DNA of 64,000 nucleotides, from positions 157,668,001 through 157,732,000 of the forward strand of contig NC_058368.1 of NCBI RefSeq assembly GCF_018350175.1, given 5' to 3'. The notes under the pieces were generated by a model, which did no database searches, was not told the DNA's origin, and worked only from the letters and a program-made list of their open reading frames with translations. Position 1 is the first letter of the stretch. Every line of letters starts with the position of its first letter. Below, one piece after another: positions 1 through 13,556 of the stretch. Origin of the DNA: Felis catus. Lineage: Eukaryota. The position numbers were made by a program, and so were the translations under genes.

Positions 1-299
1 CTTGCTGCAAACTGTACACCCCTATGTCTGACCTCATGAAAGTGCATACTGTATAGCTCTGGTTTCCTCACTGTACTCTGGCTGCAAAGGAGGCTAGGAA
101 AGAGAGGCTCTAGCTTCCATTTTGGACTGTTTGACGAGTTTCTCAAACTTATAATAGACCTTCACAAGAGTCCTGGTGATCACAAACATGCCTACTCCAG
201 GTGGTGAAGGAGGAGAAGAATCAAAACTGATTCCAATGTTTTTCATTTAGCAAATGGGTGATTGGAGATGCTGGGACCAAGATAAGGAAAACGGGAGGA

Positions 300-750
300 T
301 GAATAGACTTTTGAGGCTGAAAAAATTAGTTTTTTTCTGAATACATTGGATTTAAGATATCTGCAGCACATCAGTGTGGAGTCAGCTGTACAATACACAG
401 TTAGAAATTTGCATCCCAGGCTCAAGATGGCAGATAGATAGATAGAGATGTACACTTGGGAACAAATATATAGATGAGTGGATAGATAAGATTGATCCGG
501 ATGTATGTAACCCTGATGGATGTTACTTCAGAAGGGCAGGTAGAAGAGGAGGAAGAGCCACCAAAGGATTTTGAGGGACACAAGTTGGGGGTAGAATGAG
601 AATATAAAGATGGAAAACTAGAGTATCATGAAACTCAAAGGTGGAATGGAAAGAGATGGTGATCAAAACAATGAAATGCTACAGAGAAATAAGTACTGTG
701 GGGGCTAAGGGTCCCTGGATTTCTCAGAAAAAAAAAATCACTTGTGGTAT
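300..750 (-). mobile_element. LINE-2 remnant
   Basis: GGATTTAAGATATCTG..., GAAGAGCCACCAAAGGA..., GTATCATGAAACTCAAAGG..., GATCAAAACAATGAAATGCTACAGAGA. Confidence 0.55.
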
Positions 751-2492
751 GCAGATGTTATTTTACCTAAGGGCAAGATCATGATAATCAGAGACTCTGT
801 ACCTTTCCTCAGCCGTCAATCAATATACAGCTTTTATTTTTTGTCTCTACCCAGTTCTCAGGTTCCCTTCTCTTAAAACACCCACTGTCTCTCTTCAAGG
901 AGGTAAGGACTACCCTACCCTACATTCCTAACAACAAACCCTTTCCAAATTTGCACCGCATTTTAATCTGAGTCTGTAGCTATGCTTTTCCCAGTATCAC
1001 TGCTCCCTCAGCTCCTGTCTTCTTCTCCTCAGCTCTACTCCCCCAGTTCTATTTGGTATTTCCCCAATTTCAGGGTCACTTATCTAGCACCCAATGTCAG
1101 TTCCTAGGCCCAAAGTGGTTCCCCAATTTCCATCCTTCCCATCCCTATTCCTGAATGTACTTCCCATCCACCAGTGGCACTCCCATTTCCCCCAGAATTC
1201 CTCTGTACTTCATGTATCATAGCCTTTACCTGTACCCGCCACTTTCCTGAGAACAACAACTGTGTCTGTTGTTCTCAGTCCTTGGAGACTTTGCTGGCCA
1301 ACCTTTGTCCTACCTTTCTTTGCCTGTCTCATTTCTAGTTCCTCCTCTCACTTTGGATGCTGTTATTCTCTCTTAACTATGATCCGTCCTTACTTCTGTA
1401 CCTTTCCTTTTTCCTTATTTGCTAACTTAAAAACAAAAGTAAGCCTAAAAAGTTGTTCCCTTTTAGAGACACATACTGAAGTATTTATTGATGCAATGAT
1501 ATGATGACTGGGATTATTTTCAAACTATTTGGAATGCAGGCAAGTGGGTGGGTATAAATGGAGAAATGACTGGTTATGAGTTGATAATTGTTGAAGGTGA
1601 AGAACACACAGGGGCTTTTTGCATCACTATTTTTGTGTATGTTTAAAAATTTTCATTAAAAACATTGTAATGAGAAAAGTTTAAATGTATGTAAGTAAAT
1701 AAAATGAACTGATATAAAGAAAAGTGTTAAGTGGCACTAGTACTGATATGGCAAAAATCAGAAATGGAAAAAAACCATGAAGGTGGTATTTGAGTAGCTG
1801 AAGGGAGAAAAACACTTAAGATAATAAAGAAGGATCTCAGAATGAGTGGGGATACAGAACAATAGAGCAAGTTTGAGAAAAGAGGAAAAAAGCCTAAGCA
1901 ACTCCATTGTTTAGGTCTGACTCTCTTGGTGAAGAAGTCCATATGCTCTCTGGGGGTAAAGGGGAGCAGGTAGGACTTGAATAAAGATTTTTGAGATAGC
2001 CATTGTAGGGAAGGGGAAGGAAGCCAGCTAGAGATAAGCTGCAGCTGAGGTGGGAGAACATGAATCTACAGTGGGGTTGCTCTCCATTATCTTAGCAGTC
2101 TAGTCTTTTAAGTGACTCTAGAGAGCCTCCTGGGTGCCTCAGGTTTTCTGCAAAACATGTCTTTTCTATAAATCAGTGAAGATGTAAACTACCAGTGGGA
2201 CCTATTTGTCTAGAAAACTCTGTTTTATGTACTTGGTTTGAGGGCAGATTTTTACTGAAAAAAGTTCCACTGCTAAAATGCTGGACTAAATAAGCATTAT
2301 TCCTGGCATAGCTATTTACTTTGTGGTGTGTTATACACTTGCTGCTACTTTTGTTGTAGGTGTTCATAGGATATACTGTACAATGATGGATTTTTGAGTC
2401 TGTCTCAAAGGGAGGAGAAATTTGAAAATGGCTGTTGCCTTTTGGAGTGGCTCACAGATGTTATGTGCCCCCACCCTTGGCTTAGGCAGGGT

Positions 2493-2496
<4 letters not shown>

Positions 2497-2540
<44 letters not shown>
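2497..2540. repeat. (TG)22 microsatellite
   Basis: Read directly from the sequence. Confidence 0.98.
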
Positions 2541-2544
<4 letters not shown>

Positions 2545-3653
2545 AGTGCATGCATGCAGGTGCACATCCACAAACACATGCAAAATTTTGCATATAATTT
2601 CAAGGGGTTCAAAGACCAAAGATCCAGTTAAAATTCCAGATCCAAGCCATGAGGCAGAAAACCTTAATGAGTAACATGTCCATTTATGTTTAGCAAACAG
2701 AAGGGTTATTTTGGCTTTTAGAAATAATGAGCAATATTGTCACCAAGATTGTATATTCTCTAGGCATCTGATGTGAAAACTTGACCTTCTTACCTTAGTC
2801 TAGGATGATTTACCAAAAGTTAATAATTTAAGTCTGACTCAAAGCCTGTTACCCCTTTGATGTCAGATAATTGCCTAATATATAAAACATTTATAATAGT
2901 ATAACATGTCCACATAGTACGAATTGTATTTTATTTTGTATTTTAAAAGTAAACTCTATATATAGACTTATATAGTGAATCACCAGCTGCCATATTTAAG
3001 AGGAAGAAGGGAGGGAACTTACATTTATTGAGCATTTAGGACTCATTTACTGTTCTGTGTGTAACTTGTTTAGTCAACACAGTATTGCTATTAGACAGAT
3101 ATTACCTTTTTATTTGAATGATGGAAAAACTAATGTTCAAAAAACCTAATATATTCACCCAAGATGATCGGTTAATGAGTGGCCGAGCCAGCATTGAAAC
3201 GTTGGTTTCTTCTAAATCTTTGGTTAACAGAGAACCATGGATATTTGTTTGTATGTTTGTTTGTTTGATTGTGTTTTTTTGTTTGTTTGTTTTTGTTTTT
3301 TTGGCTGTCTTATATTCGTTTCTCTCTTTTTTGGAGAATTACTCCCCCTGTTTCCCACCTTCTCCAACTCCATTCTATGATGTGTCCTTGAAACTATTAA
3401 TCAAGGTACCCTGCCTCATGACTCAAACTAGGATAACCACATTCTCTTTGAGTTGTTTAAATCTTGCATGGAAAGACTCAAAGATTGAAAACTTAGTTCG
3501 AATTAATCTTTGCTAGTATTAACACCTTGAATGAACTATTGACTCCTGCTACCTAGCCCCTCTGGGCTACCCTGCTGGTTCTTAGATTTCTCTTTGATTC
3601 TGTGAGCTGTTCAATATCCTTGAATAAACTCATTTCTTTTGTAGGTTATGTAG

Positions 3654-4042
3654 AGCTATGGACTGAACTGTGCTTATCCTACCCCTACCCCTCTGCCCCT
3701 CCCTTACTGCAAATTTGTATGTTGGTGCTCTAACCTGAAATGTGATAGTGTTTGGAGATTGGGCCTTTGGGAGGTAGTTAGGTTTCAATGAAGTTATGAA
3801 GGTGAAGCCCTCATGATAAGATTAATGTCCTTTTAAGAAGAGACACCAGAAACCTTGCTTCTTCTCTCCCTGCAATGTAAGGGCCCAGCGAGAAGGCAAC
3901 TATCTGCAGGCCAGGAAGAGAGCCCTCACCAGCACCTTGATCTTGGACTTCCCAGACTCTAGAATTATGATAAATAAATTCCTGTTGTTGAGGTCACCCA
4001 GTCTATAGTATTTTGTTATGACAGTCTGAGCTGACTAATACA
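3654..4042 (+). mobile_element. MaLR solo LTR (MLT1A/B-like)
   Basis: GCTATGGACTGAA start, TTTGGAGATTGGGCCTTTGGGAGG, ACCTTGATCTTGGACTTCCCAG, AATAAAT, and an end at CTGACTAATACA. Flanks TGTAG / CATAG. Confidence 0.88.
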
Positions 4043-4789
4043 CATAGTTTCTGTTGCTTTCTACTAAAGAATTGACTACTGTACAAAACGACTAGCCAGA
4101 AGACGTATTTTAGCTTTTAGTACCTTGGTTCTGACAGGAGGAGGAAAGAAGGACAAAGGTAAAACCAGCAAATTTAGTGATTTAACATCATCTCTTAGGG
4201 GAAAAAATGTGAATAAGGAGGGAGTTGAAATTATTTCATAGAGTGGGATTTGGGAATTACTTATGGATTATACTTAGTCTGACACTCCTTATATCTTTGT
4301 TTGCATACTCCTCATTCCTAACTTGGTCATGATTTAGGTCTACATTGTGATAAGCCAGTGCAGAGTTAGAAAATAAATTGGCCCAGGATAACTTCTCTTT
4401 CAGGTGGCAGGACTAATGTAATGAAAGCTAATCCCTAGAAACTGGTCTGCCAGGAAGAAAAGCTACCCTGAAATGGGCACCTAAATTTTTCCTTCCTTCT
4501 TATTTGCTTTGGTCTTAAAGAATGTAAGAAATTCCTACTTCAGGAATTTATTCACTGGCTCTCAGTCACCTCTTCCTAACATAGGTTCATCTTTTATTTT
4601 TAGAGCTTTGTTTTGATCTATATGTCTTTTAGCTCTGAGTAGTACATTCCATGAGATGATTCAGTTCTGAGAAATCAAGCCAGGTAAAGATGAAATACAA
4701 GGTTTTACCACCTTTTCAATACTTTTCATCTGCTTTTAAGGATTTATATCTTCTTAACAGTATTTCTTGGCACCATCTATATTTTTTCC

Positions 4790-4980
4790 TATAAGTTACA
4801 GAGCATTTTGAGGTTGATGGCATCCTAGCAATTATGCAATTCACCCTTCTCATCTTACAGATGAGGAAACAGAGGTCTATAGAAGTAACTGGCTTGTCAA
4901 TGATTATATAGTTAGTAACTGAATAAAGTCTTGAACACACTTTTTCAGATTCCGAGTTCACCATGCATTCTACTTCCATA
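4790..4980 (-). mobile_element. MIR SINE
   Basis: Core CATCTTACAGATGAGGAAACAGAGG. Confidence 0.72.
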
Positions 4981-6500
4981 AGCTGCCAGCCAATTGACTA
5001 AGCCAAGATAATAAAAGCAGTTCCCATTCAGCCTGAACTAAAGAAAAAAGTGGAAAAGAAGAAGAAATAGAAAATTTTCAAAGTATTGAATTTCACTGAG
5101 CCAAAGGGGAAGATTTTGAGCCATGTGGAGGAAAGAGGCAGAGAGGTGGTGCTTTTAGGAAGGATTGTTTTTAAGCTTACTGCCAAATTGCTTTCATCTC
5201 TGGGCAAGTGCCTGCATGTTTATTTCATGGGTTAAATGATCCCTTTAAGGTGAATTAAACACTCTCTTATTTCCTTGTGAATAAAAGTTTTTAAAAGAAT
5301 TTTTTCCCTTGGGAATTTGTCGCATTAAATCCACTTGGTTTGTGCATCCATGTTGAAAACAGGCTAAGGGGAACTGGGACTTCATCTTATTTCTCTAATT
5401 GGCTTCTGTGCCTTCCTGTCTTGTGAGAATTGAACGTTGTCTGGGTACTCCACTCCTTTTTCAGCTCTGGAGTGAACATCCAGTGTCTGCTTGGTAGCTT
5501 GTCTCTTTCAGGACAACCACACCCTAGGTCAGGATAGTTTGTTTTCAGTATAGGGCCAGCTGTTCCAGATTACTTTTTCAGGGTTGAAAACCTCCCGTTT
5601 GGACCTTGAGGCAAAGGCTGAGAATAAAAATGTAAAGGAGGGTCAAATAACATTTTGTCAGATTGTTGACTTTGTGTTTGAGACTGAATCTGTCATTAGT
5701 GTTCTCTAGTATTCCTGCTCTAGACATATTGCTCTAAGGAACATATGATGAAAAGTCATAAATATTAAGTGAAAACATACCCCTCTCCTTTCCTCTAGGC
5801 CACAGAAGCAAATATTAAAAAAGGCATGGAACTGTGGAATTTATCTTCTTCTCCCTGAATAAAGAAGTATTTCTTGATAACACTAGGGTGTGGGTTCTGG
5901 GCCTGGGCTCCCAAGTCCCTCTGTGTACAACTAAAAGACAATGATCAAAGCAGATGTTTTAGTGAGACAACCAACTTTGGAGCCGTCCTTACCATAATGG
6001 ACTACTGAAGTTGAATAATTAGTAGCTACAGAATTTAGAACAGAGTCTTCGGAAGTCAGTCTCTGTAGCTGAAAGCATATGCCATGTCATAAGAATTTGC
6101 TATGTCACAAGAATATTCAGTGAATTCTTTGAAACAAAGAAAAAGGAAAGTAATAAATATCAAGTTCAATGATTGAAACGTGTTTTGTAAAGTTGGCTAT
6201 TTTTTCTCTTGTATTTAGATTGTACTCATAAACCTTTGAATACTAAGTCCCTCTGAGTTTTAATAAATGTAAACAACAATATAAACAAGCATTTAAAAAT
6301 AATTAATTCATAATCATAGTTCCCTATATGATGATACATATTTTTGCATAATAATTTCTAGTTCTTTTCATAGGCCTACGTGTTTTATATTTACAACTAT
6401 AGTATTTTATATTACACTTTTTTTCATGAAACATTCTATATATCTCCCAACATTAAAATTTCCTATGTTTTTATATTGTATTAAAAATTGCTATTTTAAA

Positions 6501-6704
6501 AAAATATTTATTTTGAGAGAGAGAGAGAGAGAGTGTGAGTGCACAAGAGGGGGTGGGAGGAGGGCAGAGAGAGAGAGAGAGAGACAGAGAGACAAAGAGA
6601 GATTCCCAAGCAGGCTCTGTGTTGTCAATGCAAACCTTGAGATTATGACTTGAGCCAAAATGAAGAGTCCGATGCTTAACTGACTGTGCCACCCAGGCAC
6701 CAAC
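6501..6704 (-). mobile_element. CAN-SINE
   Basis: tRNA-derived head (rc GGTGCCTGGGTGGCACAGTCAG) and GA tract. TSD AATTGCTATTTTAAA at 6486-6500 and 6705-6719. Confidence 0.92.
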
Positions 6705-7359
6705 AATTGCTATTTTAAATGATTTCTTACTCTTTCATATTATTTTAATTTGCTAACTTCTACTATTGGCCACTTAGCTCAACTTTTATTAAATTATGTT
6801 ATAAAGATACAGATGTATATAATGGATACCAGTGTATTGAGCATCTTCATGTCCATAACTCATTATTTTATTAGTATTCAGCTGAATTATTTTCTCATAA
6901 TTAAATTCCCCAAAATGGTATGAAGGTTGAGGATTATGAATATCTTTATGGTTCTTGTTGTATATCGACATATTGCTCTCTGAAGTGTTAATATAATGTG
7001 ACATATGACTTCTGCATTATTATGTATATTGGGTATTATCATTTGCTTGTTTTAATTTGTATTTCTTTGATTATTACTGGAATGAGCATTTTCCACTGTG
7101 GAGTTTGTCTTATTGATTTTACTAATTGTGTTTATTTGGATGTTAATTGTCTATGACAGTTTAACAACTTATTTTTTCCTGTTGAATAAGTTTCTCTGAG
7201 GAACAGTACACTTTGACTTCTGGACACTTGACTGTCTATTCTAAAGTGATCTTCAGGCCAAGAACATTAGAATAGTTTTTTCTTATGTGAGATTTATCTG
7301 AAACATCTCACTACATTTTAGTTAAAATAACTATTTGTACCATGAGGAGACTATCCCGC

Positions 7360-7572
7360 CTTACTGTATCCTCACATGGCAGAGAAAGAGAGATCGGTTC
7401 AGCTCCCTGGTGTCTCTTCTGGTAAGGGCATTAATCCCATCATAGGGCACTACCCTTATGACCTCACCTAACCCTAATAAGCTCCAAAAAGCCCCATCTC
7501 CAAATACTATCACATTGGAGGAGATTAGGGCTTCAACATGAGAATTTTGAAGAGACACATTCAATCTGTAAC
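7360..7572 (-). mobile_element. MaLR LTR fragment (MLT1-like)
   Basis: CCTCACATGGCAGAG...AAGGGCATTAATCCC...CCAAATACTATCACATTGG...TTAGGGCTTCAACAT. Confidence 0.82.
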
Positions 7573-8750
7573 AGTGCCCTTCTCCCTTAGGTCATTCCAG
7601 CTTCTATCCAAGTATACACTCTCCTAATTAAGAGCAATTTGGTGAGTGTTAATGACAGAGGTAAAATTTCATGAACACCTGATTGAACTTTTAAAAAGTC
7701 TAATCAGTAGATAAGGAACAAAATGAAACAGATAGAAAGTATGGAAAGAAAATAGTTGGACATTTTATGTCAGGGCCAGTCACTAAATATGATTTGTCTT
7801 GTAGGTATTTATGGTAATGTGGTATGTGTTGGGATTAAGAATCCACTTGGAAAAGTATTTTTATGTCTTATAACTCATGAATTATGAATTATGAGTCCCT
7901 GGGATAGAGCTTCTTAATGCAAGGATTTTAGCAGTACTAGGAATTACCAATTTGGTACCTTCTCTGTGCACCCCCCCCTCCCAACCCTCCCTTCCTTTCA
8001 TTCCCAATGCACATTTCTCCACCTAAACTCCTACATACCAACCGGCATCAGGCTAGTTACATATCTGGCTACTTCTTTATTTTCTTTTGTGACTCACAAA
8101 TGAATCAATATCCTGGCAAGAAGGCTGTTTTTTTCAAAGGGTGTTTTGCAGGTAAATACAAACAGGATAACTTGCGTGTTTAAAAACACTTTTAAGTAAC
8201 TAGATTCTTCAATTATATGATTCTTATTTTCAATACTTCTCTTAGGATTTAAAAAATTCTATCAGTTGAAAATTTAAAAAAAATAGCTAGTTTATAGAAT
8301 CTGAATAAGTCTTACTCATACATAGTAAAAAATGGAAACATTACAAAAAAGGTATACAGTGAAAAATAAATTTATTTCCCACCCCACATTTTCAGTTACC
8401 TTCTCTCTTTTCTCCTCAGAGGTAACCTCTACCATTTCTTGCTAGTATTCTACGGAAACATTCTTTAGCTAATCAAATTTAAATATTATTTATAGACCCC
8501 CCCCTTGTAAAAAACCCAAATATGAAATACCACATACACTTTGTTTCTATTATTATTATTTTTTTTACCTTTAATTTAACTGTGTCTTGTTTCTTGGAGA
8601 TTGGTCCATATCAGCACATACAACTTTATCCACTTGTTTTTACTGGGTATATGATGAGGATATGCTATAATATATCAAATTAGCCCCCGATTAATACATA
8701 TTTAGGTTACTTCTAGTCTTTCAAAAAACAAACCTGACTCAATGAGGAGG

Positions 8751-8754
<4 letters not shown>

Positions 8755-8826
<72 letters not shown>
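8755..8826. repeat. Compound (TA)21(CA)15 microsatellite
   Basis: Read directly from the sequence. Confidence 0.97.
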
Positions 8827-8829
<3 letters not shown>

Positions 8830-8884
8830 GGATTTGTGCAAGTATATTTATAATATATTTGTAAGCTGAATAATAGCATGAAGA

Positions 8885-9066
8885 GAAATGTGGTGTTGTA
8901 GTGGCCAAAAGCATGGATATTAGACTTTAATACCTACTACTTGCCTACCACTTAGTAGTCATATAACCTAGGGAAGTTACTTAACTTTCTTTGCCTAGGT
9001 TCCCTCATCTGTAAAATAAGTATAAAAGCATTACACACCTTGGAGATAGAAGTCTTAATGGAGCTA
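8885..9066 (+). mobile_element. MIR SINE
   Basis: Core AAGTTACTTAACTTTCTTTGCCTAGGTTCCCTCATCTGTAAAATAAG. Confidence 0.75.
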
Positions 9067-11506
9067 ATGCAAGCACAGCATTATTGGAGAGTTATTGGAG
9101 AGTAACTTTTTTCCCCCAACTTTAATGAAGAACTCACTGCAAAACTTGTTACAAGTATTGATATGCTTGATGCTTAATTCTGGCCAAAGAAGATATGTGG
9201 GAGGGTAAATTGAGAGTAGGAGTTCCTGCTGGAGATAGAAATGGGAGGCTAAATTTCGTTTCATTTGTGTTTGAACTATGGATTAAAAATCATCATTTGG
9301 GACCTCAATGTCCTTGTCTCTGATATGCAGGGATTCGATTAGATTATCCCTAAAGTAACTTCTAATTTAAATAGTTATGGCGGTGCTTATTCCATTCTCA
9401 AAATGAGTTGTGATTTATATAGTTTTGATAATTGTGGGAGATAAATTTAACTCCTGATTTATGTAACACTGTCACTTTGCACATATTCTCCCTTTGTGTA
9501 TAATGACCTTCCCCTTGTCTGACTGTAGCTGAGCTCTGAGTCATCCTCAGAGACTTAGGTCAGGCTGGGCCTTCAATGTGAAGCCTTTCCTGAGTGCCTC
9601 AGCTGAGTTAGGCATTTTCTGCCTTTGAATTGTCTTAGTCTCTGTGTTCTATGGTGAGAAAAGAGTTTTCAAAGATTAACTGATAACTTTTATTTGTCAC
9701 CCCAGACTCAGCTGTGGTATTATTGTATTTTTAATACATTGAGATAGAGATGGCACAGTCTTTTCTTGCATTTTAAGTCTCAAAAGTCTGGTCCCTTCAG
9801 GGAATGAAAAAGGCAAAGGGCATAGAGAAACTAATTGCCAGTAAAAGATATTCTGAGCAAGTAGAGTTTCCATGCTACAGAAAAAAGAAAGCGCTCTAAC
9901 CAGGGGAAAGCATGGAGTGAGTAGACAAGGTGGGCCTCTGACAAAGGAGTGAGGCTTCCTGGTGTTTTCCAGAGCACAGCACAGGGATAAGGAGAGTGAC
10001 AGAAATCCCTCAGAGGTATACAGAATCTGAGCACAGAGAGAGGCTAGGTTTTCTTTGCTGGATAGAGCCCAGAGAGGTGAGAAGAACCCAGAGTAGAAAT
10101 GGCTATAGGGTACCCAGGTGGACAGGCCTGAGGAAGCATGCAGAGAGGTTCCACAGAGCCTGGCATGCTGTGGAGGCAGGGACAATATTCTTGTGCTCTG
10201 AGAGGAACATGGAAATAGTAAAGGGCTGAGGATGGTCCTGCTGACTTTCCTGGGGCCCATTGTGCTGTGGGAACCACAGGATGGACCCCTGTACCTTAAA
10301 GGGGCAAGGCAGTTAAAGAGAGCTGCACCCCAAGGTACTATTGACAGGGAACATCAACAGAATCAGCAGACATTTGCAGAGACCAACTACTGAAGACAAA
10401 ATAGAGAACATCTTAGCTACTACTCTAGACCGATACTCACCCATTCCCAGCTTACCCCAGAGACATTCACAAATCCCAATTCAAATGAGATCTAGTTCCA
10501 AAGCCTGGAGAAATAGGAACTCCATGGTAGAACTTACATTTATTAGACTTTTTAAACACTTAAGTGCAGAAGGAGTTTTATAGCACCTCTAGTACTTCTC
10601 TATTGCATCAAAAATATTTGATTCATTATCTGCTCCTCCAGATCTCAAACTATTTGAGGGAAAGCACTAAGTGTTTATTTTCTAATGTATTTGTTTCTGT
10701 ACTTTGTAAGCACTCACACAGAGGAGGGGTGCAGTAAGCTTTTTGAATGAGTAGAGGGACATTTATTTGATGGCTGTTCTGTGCCACAACATATCCTAGG
10801 TACTTACACAGCCTGTGAACTAGGCATTATTATTTCCATTTTTTAGTTGAGATTACTAAGGCACAGGGAACTGATAGACCCCATTCATGGGCAGTAGGAG
10901 GCAGATCTGCATTCACAGTCTAGGTCCTCTGACACCAGACTGCCTTTATAGGTAAAGTGATTCTTTTATTGTCTGAATATAACTGTGGAATAAGGATGAA
11001 AATGAATTTTTTGCTTCTTTTAGTAAATGTTTACCAATTTCTTGCTTTATTACTTTCAAAATAAAGAGTAGAGTTATTTGTTCATTTTACCTTTATTATT
11101 AGTTACAAACTAGGAAAAAATAGTATAGTATAACCATGATACCACGAGATCCCTATTAAGCTAAATATTCATGCTAATACTGCCTTGTTTATTTATACAA
11201 GAAGTATATATTCTTTGTAGACAATATGTAAACTCAAAGTATAAATAAAGGTTAAAATTCACTTATAATTCCTCTTCCTGCAGATGCCCACTTTAAGTTG
11301 TATTTCACCCTTATTTAAGAAAATTAGAAAATTGATATCAGTATTTTATGTCATTATACCATGAGTGTTCTACATAGCACAGGGTGTTTAGTGCTCATGA
11401 AATCAAATCTATGTAGATTATAGTTCTTACTTCAGAGAAGTTACTTCACAGGCAAACTGAGACATTCAGTATGTAAATTCTTACTTTAGATAGTCTTCCA
11501 AAAGAT

Positions 11507-11508
11507 AT

Positions 11509-11547
<39 letters not shown>

Positions 11548-11739
11548 TTCATCTTTGAGAGAGGGAGAGACAGCACAAGTGGGGAAAGGCAGAGAGAGAG
11601 GGAGACACAGAATCTGAAGCAGTCTCCAGCCTCTGAGCTGTTAGCACAGAACCCAACGTGGAGCTCGAATTCACAAATCGCAAGATCGTGACCTGAGCTG
11701 AAGTTGGACGCTTAACTGACTGAGCCACCCAGGCACCCC
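11507..11739 (-). mobile_element. CAN-SINE with (ATTT)n tail
   Basis: Body ends in ...GAGCCACCCAGGCACCCC; the tail is expanded to (ATTT) x about 10 at 11507-11548. Confidence 0.92.
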
Positions 11740-13139
11740 TCTTCAGGAAAACTTTTAAAGACTCAAGGAAGGAAAGTAAAAATATACATATAATCCAATA
11801 AGACTATCACACAATAAATTTTAATTGCAGTTTGAAATACCAAAAAGGTAATAAAAATCACCTTAAGCATTGTTTATGAATGGCCAAACAATCCTGCTGG
11901 AGAGAGAAGGGGCCTCATATCCAGGAAGGATTTGACCACCTGATCCCAGTGTAGTCTTTATATCAATGGACAGATTTATGACTTCATCTGTTCTCTTGAA
12001 CTAAAGAGAGAGAGGTTAGAAAAGTCAGCCAGAAGCATAACAGTGATTGAGCAAGTGTAGCAGCAACCTCCCTCCCACTCCAGAGGGGGTAAACACTGGT
12101 TACAACAAGGAGTAAGAGGTTCATACTAGATTTACCTTTCATACTTTCTAGAAAATTAACGTATCTGTTTCAGACCAATTAAAGAAGAAAGGCATCTCCC
12201 ATCCAAAGTTTTAGAATCTTCTCAATGGGAATAGAAACCATGGTAGAATTGTTCTGGCTTGTTTCCATAATGTTTAAGAAAGGAGGCCTGGAGGGCATTC
12301 TAAATTGACTTGATGGTTTTAGGTTTGTGACATGTGGGAACTAATATTATTTCCATGTCAATGTACCCTGTCAGCTGCTGCAGATTAAAATATTATTAGC
12401 CCTTCCCTTTAATTGGCCATGTAATAAACCCATCATCTCAAAACCATGGCTTGCTGGTTCAAACACAGCCTTGGAGCCGCACTGCTTGCTTGTGAATCTT
12501 GATTCTACTCTTTATGGGCTTTGAGACTGTGGTCAAACTCCTCAAGATCTTTATGCCTCATTTTTTTGTATGTTCTTATCTCAGGGAGGTTTTATGAAGG
12601 ATTAAATGAGTTAGCATATGTAAAGCACTTCAAATAATGCATGATACAGAATAAGAACTATAAAGGTATTAAACAAGAAGTAGTTTAATTGGGTTCTTTG
12701 TGTTTGCTGGTGAATGAGAGGTAAAAAAACTAATTGGGAGTGGGCTAATGATACATGGCTGACTTGGACATCTGATAATAATGAGAAAGTGCCAATGTTT
12801 TTGTGACATAGTGGGTGGGTGGTTAAGCAAGAAACAGACAGGTTAGGGCTGAATATTGCAAGGGTCTTTAAGCTCAATGGGTTACTTTACTAATCAAGGT
12901 ATGCTGGGGCTGGTCTGGGGGGATGAATGGGAAAAATGGGTTATTTTAGGAACAGGATGAATATTTGAAGGGGGGGGTGGTGATTGGGATTTCTCAGATA
13001 CTTATCTGGGCTGTGAGTGAGTTTATTAAAAGAAGTAAACTGAGCCTATGAATAGATTGGAGATATCCAGAATTATTCCTATTTGCTAGGCTTTTGGATA
13101 AATGAGATAGAATTTTAATATACGATTCACTATTTTTGT

Positions 13140-13556
13140 TGCCATTGTTGGTTGCTAGCACATAAACCACTTCTGGCTAATTGAATCAGAGAAGTAATTT
13201 ATTGCAAGTGGGGAAGCTCAAACAACCAAGAAGAAAGGCAAGGCAAAAGATGTAGATTGCCTGGGAGGTACAGCCACTGGGGGACTGGGAAGCAGGGACT
13301 GAAGGATGCAGGATGGCCATTTCAGGGTCAGTCAGCCTCTTGTCGCTTGTTCATATTCCAGAGGAAGGAATCTGATCAGCCTAGCTTGGGTCAGGTGCCT
13401 ACACCTTGAGTAGAGGAGGGCACAGCATCTAAATAGGCAACCACACCTGACTGTATCTGATGGAGGAGTTTCCCCAAAACAAAATCAGGGTGCTATAACC
13501 AGAAGAGGGAAGAAAGGAAACAAAATGAGCAAAAAACAACAAATGTCCACTATTCT
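13140..13556 (-). mobile_element. Ancient MaLR LTR (MLT1J/K-like)
   Basis: GGTTGCTAG..., CTGATCAGCCTAGCTTGGGTCAGGTGCC, and AATCAGGGTGCTATAACCAGAAGAGGGG...AAATGTCCACTA. Confidence 0.65.

Noticed and set aside
2364..2631. ORFs with HT/VC dipeptide repeats (also 8702-8914 and 47387-47766)
   Set aside because: Translations of (TG)n/(CA)n microsatellites.
3118..3516. 132-aa ORF with a hydrophobic segment
   Set aside because: Runs through a MIR remnant and a (GTTT)n tract, which explains the hydrophobic stretch.
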